Source: Bacteroidia bacterium
GTDB taxonomy: Bacteria > Bacteroidota > Bacteroidia > UKL13-3
NCBI GenBank assembly: GCA_034676125.1
Contig: JAUCCO010000004.1
Location: forward strand, 1 to 56,866
Direction: 5' to 3'
DNA: 56,866 bases
Part shown: one piece after another, positions 50,601 through 56,866 of the stretch
Numbering within the stretch: the first letter of the stretch is position 1
How the letters are laid out: each line of letters opens with the position of its first letter
Translations under genes and position numbers: made by a program
Notes under the pieces: model-generated
The model's input: the letters and a program-made list of their open reading frames with translations, nothing else
Told to the model about the DNA's origin: nothing
Databases searched by the model: none

Positions 50601-51477
50601 TTGTAAAACCACCACCAACATACAATACTCCATCACTCATGTACATGCAATTTATCAAGTTATTTGCGTCAGGATTAAAAAGACTAGCCGCTCCTGAAGT
50701 TATGTCTAAACAAGCAATTCTATTTCTACTTTGGCCACCTATAGAAGTAAAATTGCCTCCAACGTACACTTTGTTTTTTACTACTAATATGCAATTAATA
50801 TTGGCGTTAGCATTAGGATTCCATGCCGTTGCCAATCCAGAAACAATATCTAACTCTGCTATGCGATTTCTTGATTGGCCGCCAATATTAGTAAAAGCAC
50901 CTCCTACAATTATTTTATTATCTGTACTTGTAATTGCATAAACATCACTGTTAGCAATTGGGTTCCATGGCAATATATTTCCTAATGTATCTATTGCACA
51001 AATCCTCGAACGAGCTTCACTTCCTACCTGCGTAAAATTACCACCAACATAAACTATTCCGTTATTTAAAGACAAACATTTTACTCTTCCGTTTGGAGAT
51101 GGATTCCAGGGATTTAAGGTGCCATTGCTATTTATCCGAGCTAATCCGCTTCGTGCCTGACCAGAAACCGATGTAAAAATCCCGGCAATGTACCAACCAT
51201 TATTTCCATCTGATATTGCAGACGTAACTATATCATTTGGTTTTGCAAATGATATAGCGGGCTCCATATCATTCAAAGATATTTCTGCACCATAAGCATT
51301 CATTGGACCAACGTATGTAAATGAACCTGAGATAAATGCTGTATTACCACCTCGTTCTACTTCATCTATATATCCAAAAGGCTGCCACCAGTTATCCTGT
51401 AGTTTTTTTGTAGACTGTGCAATACTACTTTTAATACTTAAAGTAAGGATTAGAGATATTAATAAAATTCGTTTCAT
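47644..51477 (-). CDS. T9SS-secreted beta-propeller protein with Ig-like, PKD-like and BACON-like domains
   Basis: Signal peptide, repeats of about 50 aa (YVGG.FT.IGG..RN.IA...WNPNAN), C.G....YQW..NG Ig units, VTSNTSWTV..SW (BACON-like), CTD YPNP...GVYLL...KLII. Confidence 0.85.
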   Translation of the reverse strand: MKRILLISLILTLSIKSSIAQSTKKLQDNWWQPFGYIDEVERGGNTAFISGSFTYVGPMNAYGAEISLNDMEPAISFAKPNDIVTSAISDGNNGWYIAGIFTSVSGQARSGLARINSNGTLNPWNPSPNGRVKCLSLNNGIVYVGGNFTQVGSEARSRICAIDTLGNILPWNPIANSDVYAITSTDNKIIVGGAFTNIGGQSRNRIAELDIVSGLATAWNPNANANINCILVVKNKVYVGGNFTSIGGQSRNRIACLDITSGAASLFNPDANNLINCMYMSDGVLYVGGGFTTIKSSVRKLFAMLDTASVGAVLSTNVGLATYGGTAVYSISEGNGVIYVGGDFQAPSIGGLVVITKTGIMLPNETPALNSNHTIYSIVANNEKMFFGGDFKSIGGLKQDKIVAIDLITGRAKRDWKIPTITGFISGMTLHDSLLYIGGDFTGFRTNLAAVNIRTGLPASLNIAGINDGVYKMIYNDGKLYILGSFTAINSMSRRTIAVINLATNDVDAFTLAMNYGNVKDIEISGDTLWVVGSFTSISGQNRNNIAAVNKTTGLPYSWNCNVNNTIYDIEMKDSLIYIGGIFTNVGGITRNNLAAINKNTATTNSWNPNASGSVSILKILGPDIYVAGNFKTINAQPKKFLAAFSLQGDSMISTPIVNSDINDIYIDDDITIYGGDFDTIAGKPMNKLATYLNTCKALVNSSYRSPICQGDTVSLYTKEGVEYTYQWMRNGNEIVNAKSNKYKTVESGTYKVLVTNTELNCSDTSENIIININPRTYAYLTPATDTAFCLGSPFKLTVDSNATVAAIQWYRNNTILSLGKTSIANVNGNGAYKAVLTNIFGCVDSSKIVNVTRNSVPSKPGFRYYKGTVICGMDSLLISSSGAKKNDLSYQWMHNGVVIPFATDTFFYALDSGKYSVKVQNVYGCSDSGYTTLSKGEQPNVQILSSAGDNICVGMSTLFYYQDSIVKPLANYTWIKNGYSIGGNKPSINRSDIGTYSLFGKTTEGCSDTSNTISLSVNPIPGTFNITGPANVLINNTYAYSVPNITGSKFNWSITKGIQQNGDTTFSAGIKWTGTGNGNIKVKQTSSKGCVGMPVNKTIVIEQPILILDKSQVIFNENPLPFGVKVTSNTSWTVTVEDSWLQVSTNSGSGTQFVTLSVPGVHIGSKRTTSVIFKTETITRSLPVIQSGLVGLKEASVLGNIVVYPNPTNGKFVVKNNELRDIKFTVLDLLGKQLIPENSVKTGEEFLVNTNLKKGVYLLLIKDKENSYSTKLIITD

Positions 51478-51762
51478 AAATAATTAAAATTTAGGCAAAT
51501 AAATAATAAAAAAACTATTGAAAAGAGATTAGCGATTTTAAATTTAAGATATTATTCATTGAACTATTCCATTTTATTGGTTATTGTTCACACAATTAGC
51601 TAATAAAACTAGTAAGATTGGCACTAATCAATTAAAGCTAATAAAATCACCTGATTAAGAAGGCATTTTTTGATTTGAATTGATGCAAGTATTATTTAGC
51701 AAACAAAATTTGCCTGATAGCTGTAAATATTGCAAATTGCAGACGCATTTACCAACCAAAAA

Positions 51763-52470
51763 ATGAAATACAAAAGAGTTCTTCTAAAGTTAAGTGGCGA
51801 ATCGTTAATGGGTTCGCAGCAGTATGGTATCGACCCCAAAATATTAGAGCAATATGCAGCGGATATTAAATTGGTAACCGACCAAGGTGTGCAGGTAGCA
51901 ATTGTTATTGGTGGCGGAAATATTTTTAGAGGTGTACAAGGTGTTTCGGGAGGTATTGTTGATAGGGCACAAGGTGATTATATGGGCATGTTGGCCACTG
52001 TAATTAATGCCATGGCCTTACAAGGTGCTTTAGAAAAAGCTGGTATTAAAACCCGTTTGCAAAGTGCCATTAAAATGGAGCAAATTTGTGAGCCTTTTAT
52101 TCGCAGACGTGCATTGAGACACTTAGAAAAAGGACGTGTAGTAATATTTGGAGCTGGCACCGGAAACCCTTATTTTACTACCGATAGCGCTGCAAGTTTA
52201 CGTGCTGTAGAGATTGAAGCCAACTTGGTTTTAAAAGGTACTAGGGTTGATGGAATTTATAGTGCCGACCCTGAAAAAGACCCTACTGCAACTCGTTACG
52301 AAAAAGTAAGTTATAGCGAAGTTTACCAAAAAGGTTTAAACGTTATGGACTTAACAGCAATTACTTTGTGCCAAGAAAATAAATTACCAATTGTAGTGTT
52401 TGATATGAACAAAGAGGGTAATTTTTTAGAAGTTTGTAAAGGCGAAAACATTGGTACTTTAGTTAGCTAA
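51763..52470 (+). CDS. pyrH: UMP kinase
   Basis: [25 protein letters not shown]. Start at ATG 51763. Confidence 0.97.
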   Translation: MKYKRVLLKLSGESLMGSQQYGIDPKILEQYAADIKLVTDQGVQVAIVIGGGNIFRGVQGVSGGIVDRAQGDYMGMLATVINAMALQGALEKAGIKTRLQSAIKMEQICEPFIRRRALRHLEKGRVVIFGAGTGNPYFTTDSAASLRAVEIEANLVLKGTRVDGIYSADPEKDPTATRYEKVSYSEVYQKGLNVMDLTAITLCQENKLPIVVFDMNKEGNFLEVCKGENIGTLVS

Positions 52471-52509
52471 ACCCAAACTATTTATTTAAAAATATTAATA
52501 AAACTGAAT

Positions 52510-53076
52510 ATGAGCGATCCACGTTTAAAACAAGTATTAGACAATTTAAAAGAGGCAATGGACAAAGCAATTGACCATGCTGCAACTGAATTTAGCAAAA
52601 TACGTGCAGGTAAAGCACATCCAAGTATGCTTGATGCAGTAAAGGTAGATTATTACGGAAGCCTTGTGCCACTAAGCCAAGTAGCCAATGTAAATACTCC
52701 TGATGCAAAAAGTTTAGCAATTCAGCCTTGGGAAAAAAACATGTTACAAGCCATCGAAAAAGGTATTATTATATCAAACCTAGGCTTTAACCCAAGTAAT
52801 GATGGTACCATGATTAGGGTAACATTACCACCACTTACCGAAGAGCGCAGAAGAGAAATAGTAAAAAAAGTAAAAAACGAAGCTGAAAATGCAAAAATAA
52901 CTGGTAGAACTTTGCGCAAAGATGCAAACGAAACCATTAAACGTTTGCAAAAAGAAGGTTTGCCAGAAGATGAAGCCAAAGTAGGTGAAACTAATGTGCA
53001 AAAAGCTACCGATGCTTACAATAAAAGAATTGACGATTTAACTACTGCAAAAGAAGCAGAAGTAATGCATGTATAA
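52510..53076 (+). CDS. frr: Ribosome recycling factor
   Basis: IRAGKA, DYYG, QPW, PPLTEERR. Follows pyrH. Confidence 0.96.
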   Translation: MSDPRLKQVLDNLKEAMDKAIDHAATEFSKIRAGKAHPSMLDAVKVDYYGSLVPLSQVANVNTPDAKSLAIQPWEKNMLQAIEKGIIISNLGFNPSNDGTMIRVTLPPLTEERRREIVKKVKNEAENAKITGRTLRKDANETIKRLQKEGLPEDEAKVGETNVQKATDAYNKRIDDLTTAKEAEVMHV

Positions 53077-53100
53077 TGTTAATTACCAAACCAATCACTA

Positions 53101-55119
53101 GTGAGTAATTTTACACGCATAAAACGTATTTTTATAACACTGGCTATAACAGCCGGTGTTTTTTTGTTATTAGGCATAATTTCGTTTTTTGCGCTACGCA
53201 ATTATTTACTAACCGAGGCTATTGCAAAAATTAGCCAAAAAGTAAAGACTAAATTTAATGTTACTTTAAGCATTAAAGATGCTCATTTTACAGGATTAAC
53301 TACGGTTGAGTTTAATAACGTTTCATTAAAACCAGCCAACCACGATAGCATATTATTTGCAGCTAAAGTTACCACAAGTGTTAAGTTAAGGTATGCAATT
53401 TTGGGCGATATTCGCTTGGGCGAATTACATGTAAATGATGGCTATTTAAATTGGGTTAATGATGAGCGTGGTCGAAATGTAAGTGCGTTTTTAAATTCAA
53501 AAGATAGCAGCACTGTTACCAATGTTGAAAAAACAACGGATAAAAATTTGGCTAAAACTGGTTATAAACTAATTAGTAAAGTGCTAAATTTTATACCAAG
53601 CGATTTACAAATTACCAATTTTGATGTAAAGGTTACTGATTTTAAACAGCACATCAATGTAAGGTTAAATAACCTTGCTTTAATTAACCAACAACTAAAT
53701 TCAAACATTGCAGTAAGCAGTTTTAAAGATAGTATTGATAGCAGATTGTTTACCCAAAATTGGCAATTAAGTGGTACTGCCATTCCTAGTCAAAAAAAGG
53801 CCGATATACAATTAACCAACAACGATACAGGCAAAGTTTTAATACCATACATAACCGAAAGGTTTGGGTTGATTGCAGGTTTTGATAATATTAGATTTAA
53901 CTTAAAAGGTGTTGATTTAAGCAACAATGAGTTAGTAGTAACAGGATTGGCCAGCACATATAACTTTTTAATTAACCATCCAAAAATTGCTAAAAAAGAT
54001 GTAATTATAGAAAAAGCCGAACTTGATTATACTTTTAAAATTGGAAGTAATTTTGTGTCGCTTGACAGCACATCAACCATCACTTTTAATAAAATAAAAG
54101 TACATCCATTTATAAAATACCAACGCGGACCAGATACTACTTATCAACTAAATGTAGTGATTGAAAAAACCACTGCGCAAGATTTTATTTACTCGCTGCC
54201 CGAAGGTTTGTTTAACCATTTTAAAGGCATGGAGGCCGAAGGTACTTTTAGTTACCGACTTGATTTTTTATACAACGAAAACAACCCACGTGATTTAGTT
54301 TTTGAAAGTAGTTTAGAAAAAGAAGGCTTACGAATTACCAAGTATGGCGAAGCTAATTTAAGTAAACTAAATGGCGAATTTGTTTATCAAGCCATGGAAA
54401 ATGGAAGGGTGCAACGCAATATAGATGTGAGTTACAATAACCCAAATTTTGTTCCTATAGATCAAATATCTCCCCTGCTTAAAAAGGCCGTATTAACAAC
54501 CGAAGATCCTTCATTTTTTTACCACCGTGGTTTTATTGATGAAGCATTTCGTCAATCCATTATTAAAAATATTCGTAAAAAAGGTTTTGTTCGTGGCGCA
54601 AGTACCATTAGCATGCAGCTTGTAAAAAATGTATTTTTAACACGCGAAAAAACATTGTCGCGCAAGCTCGAAGAAATATTGTTGGTTTATATTTTAGAAA
54701 ACAACCGACTTAGCAGTAAAGAGCGCATGTTTGAAGTATATTTAAACATTATAGAATGGGGACCAAATGTATATGGAGTTGGAGAAGCTGCTAGGTTTTA
54801 TTTTAACAAATCTGCAAGTGATTTAACATTAAGTGAAGCCATGTATTTAGCAATAATTATTCCTAGTCCTAAAAAGTTTATGTGGCGTTTTGGTAAAGAT
54901 GGCGCATTAAAAGATCATGTTGGAAGACATTTTCAAACACTTGCAGGATTAATGATTAGGCGTAATGTGTTGATGCAAGAAGATACTATGGGACTTACCC
55001 ATCATATTTCCATTACAGGACCCGCAAAAGGATTTATAAAAATTACCGCAGATACCTTACAAAACGATTCTATTTTGTTTGATGAAAATGGGGTTCTAAT
55101 TGAGTCAGACGAGGATTAA
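53101..55119 (+). CDS. GT51 monofunctional peptidoglycan transglycosylase with long N-terminal beta-rich region
   Basis: EDPSFFYHRG, GASTISMQLVKN, RKLEE, YLNIIEWG. No transpeptidase domain. Confidence 0.87.
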   Translation: MSNFTRIKRIFITLAITAGVFLLLGIISFFALRNYLLTEAIAKISQKVKTKFNVTLSIKDAHFTGLTTVEFNNVSLKPANHDSILFAAKVTTSVKLRYAILGDIRLGELHVNDGYLNWVNDERGRNVSAFLNSKDSSTVTNVEKTTDKNLAKTGYKLISKVLNFIPSDLQITNFDVKVTDFKQHINVRLNNLALINQQLNSNIAVSSFKDSIDSRLFTQNWQLSGTAIPSQKKADIQLTNNDTGKVLIPYITERFGLIAGFDNIRFNLKGVDLSNNELVVTGLASTYNFLINHPKIAKKDVIIEKAELDYTFKIGSNFVSLDSTSTITFNKIKVHPFIKYQRGPDTTYQLNVVIEKTTAQDFIYSLPEGLFNHFKGMEAEGTFSYRLDFLYNENNPRDLVFESSLEKEGLRITKYGEANLSKLNGEFVYQAMENGRVQRNIDVSYNNPNFVPIDQISPLLKKAVLTTEDPSFFYHRGFIDEAFRQSIIKNIRKKGFVRGASTISMQLVKNVFLTREKTLSRKLEEILLVYILENNRLSSKERMFEVYLNIIEWGPNVYGVGEAARFYFNKSASDLTLSEAMYLAIIIPSPKKFMWRFGKDGALKDHVGRHFQTLAGLMIRRNVLMQEDTMGLTHHISITGPAKGFIKITADTLQNDSILFDENGVLIESDED

Positions 55120-55132
55120 CTATTATTATACC

Positions 55133-56605
55133 ATGTTATTTAAGCCATATACCGCCAAACAAAAATTAAGCATCTACATCATAGTAGGTTTGTTTGGTTT
55201 GATATTTTGCAGCATATCATTATTAAACCATTATTTGTTTAGAACGTATGCTTTTGATTTGGGTATTTACAATAATATGTTGTACTCCTACTCGCACTTC
55301 AAATTAAACTACACCACCATTCAGCAGCCACTAATATTTAATGCATTTGCTGATCATTTCGAACCGGTATTCTTTATTTTTTCGCCATTGTATTGGATAT
55401 TTGGCAGCTATACTCTGCTTATTTTACAAATAGCATTTATACTAGTTGGTGGCTTAGGCGCCATGCGATTTGCACAATTGCATAGCAACAATAACTTATT
55501 ATCAATAGCCATATTAATTCAGTTTTATGGCATGTGGGGTGTATACTCTGCTTTGTCGTTTGATTTTCATAACAACATTACAGCCGCCATGATAGTACCT
55601 TGGCTAATGGTATTTGCCCAACAGCGAAAAATAAAACCACTACTTTTAATGTGGGCACTAATTTTACTGAGCAAAGAAAACATGGCCTTGTACGGTATTT
55701 TTATATGCTTAGGTTTGGCATTACATTATTATAAAGATGAAAAATTACGCAAGTTGTTTTTTGTTTTAACGGGTGTTTCGGCAGTGTATTTTGTGGCCGT
55801 AGTAAAGTTTTTTATTCCATTGTTTCAAGAGCCTGGTGCTGGGTATTTGTATGATAGCATGTACAAATCATTAGGTACCACACCTGCAGAAATTTTAGGA
55901 AATGTGATTAATAAACCGGGCTACTTATTTAGTTTGTTGTTCGAAAATTATTCGAGTGAAGGAATATACAACGGCATAAAATCCGAATTGCATTTTTCAG
56001 TACTTATTAGTGGTGGAATTTTTATGTTATACAGGCCACAATTTTTGGTAATGTTGATTCCTATTTATGCGCAAAAATTATTTAACACCGACCCAGCTCG
56101 GTGGGGCATTAATTATCATTACAGCATAGAGTTTGTACCAGTATTAACAGCATGTACAGCAGTTTTTATAACCTCCATAAAAAACATCAAAACACAAACA
56201 TACTTGGCATTTGGTGTGGCGCTTTGCACAGGGTACTATACTTATGCTAAATTAGAAAACAGGGTTTCAACATGGTATGATAAAAGTACAGTTATGTTTT
56301 ACGACAAAACTCATTATACAACAGATTTTGATTTTAAACAATTACATGTAGACCTTGAAAATTATGTGTTTGATAATATAGATTCTATTTCGGCACAAAA
56401 CGTATTAGTTCCGCATCTAGCAAATAGAACGCACATCTACATGTTTCCAAATACTATTAATGCGAACTACATTTTATTGGCACCTAAAACCAATACTTAT
56501 CCATTAAAAGAAAACTATAAACAATGCTTGGATACACTTAGACAAAGTGAATTTTGGCAATTATTAGATAGTACATCAAACATACTATTATTTAAGCGTA
56601 AATAA
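55133..56605 (+). CDS. DUF2079 family membrane protein (GT-C-like)
   Basis: FDLGIY, ADHFEP, FDFH, KE motif, HYS. Multiple TM segments. Confidence 0.82.
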   Translation: MLFKPYTAKQKLSIYIIVGLFGLIFCSISLLNHYLFRTYAFDLGIYNNMLYSYSHFKLNYTTIQQPLIFNAFADHFEPVFFIFSPLYWIFGSYTLLILQIAFILVGGLGAMRFAQLHSNNNLLSIAILIQFYGMWGVYSALSFDFHNNITAAMIVPWLMVFAQQRKIKPLLLMWALILLSKENMALYGIFICLGLALHYYKDEKLRKLFFVLTGVSAVYFVAVVKFFIPLFQEPGAGYLYDSMYKSLGTTPAEILGNVINKPGYLFSLLFENYSSEGIYNGIKSELHFSVLISGGIFMLYRPQFLVMLIPIYAQKLFNTDPARWGINYHYSIEFVPVLTACTAVFITSIKNIKTQTYLAFGVALCTGYYTYAKLENRVSTWYDKSTVMFYDKTHYTTDFDFKQLHVDLENYVFDNIDSISAQNVLVPHLANRTHIYMFPNTINANYILLAPKTNTYPLKENYKQCLDTLRQSEFWQLLDSTSNILLFKRK

Positions 56606-56866
56606 CTTTTACTAAGTAGATAAACTATTCTATTGATAACCAAATTACAAAAGTTTATCATGACACCTATTTCGCTCTAATTATTGTTACATAAGGCATG
56701 AACCTTACTAATAAAAAAATACTTAGATGGAAACAATATTCCATGAAGATAGCACTACAGCCAAATCTATTTAGCCTGTTATTAATATCATAGAAAAAAA
56801 AAGACTAATTAAACCCAAATTAATCAATAGAAAATTTGAAAAATCGAACTACTTGATTTAGTTGGG

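Noticed and set aside
1085-53783. Numerous 60-190 aa ORFs overlapping larger genes (e.g. 1085..1582, 7411..7992, 23754..24272, 38628..39014)
   Set aside because: Antisense or off-frame shadows of well-supported genes, with no recognisable motifs.
56606-56866. Possible decayed membrane-protein gene on the minus strand at the window end
   Set aside because: Multiple stops, and the hydrophobic look is expected from AT-rich DNA. Context is cut off by the window edge.

Overview
AT-rich chromosomal window from a Bacteroidota bacterium. The assignment rests on TAnnTTTG -7 promoters, A-rich start regions without Shine-Dalgarno sites, and three T9SS C-terminal-domain proteins. Most genes are housekeeping: argH (partial), murQ, S41 protease, ftcD, S66 LD-carboxypeptidase, manC, recQ, kup, def, ruvX, thiL, thiolase, truA, ABC exporter, sucD, hisS, pyrH, frr and a transglycosylase, plus tRNA-Pro(TGG) and tRNA-Ser(GCT). 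Accessory or unusual items: (1) hisS carries an in-frame, AT-rich, non-intein insertion of about 125 aa and lies directly downstream of a macrodomain-type DarTG toxin-antitoxin pair; (2) a long-chain acyl-CoA ligase gene is split by a single in-frame TAG; (3) an uncharacterised tandem SpoVK/CbbX-type AAA+ protein has a duplicated N-terminal beta domain and a C-terminal IGF tail; (4) a TPR sensor lacks any cytoplasmic output domain, and there is an orphan receiver protein; (5) a persulfide dioxygenase/rhodanese/YeiH cluster has a GTAAC-N4-GTTAC palindrome at about -41.5; (6) three large repeat-rich T9SS cargo proteins. No CRISPR array, integrase or transposase was seen. All calls come from motif recognition by eye; no searches were run.
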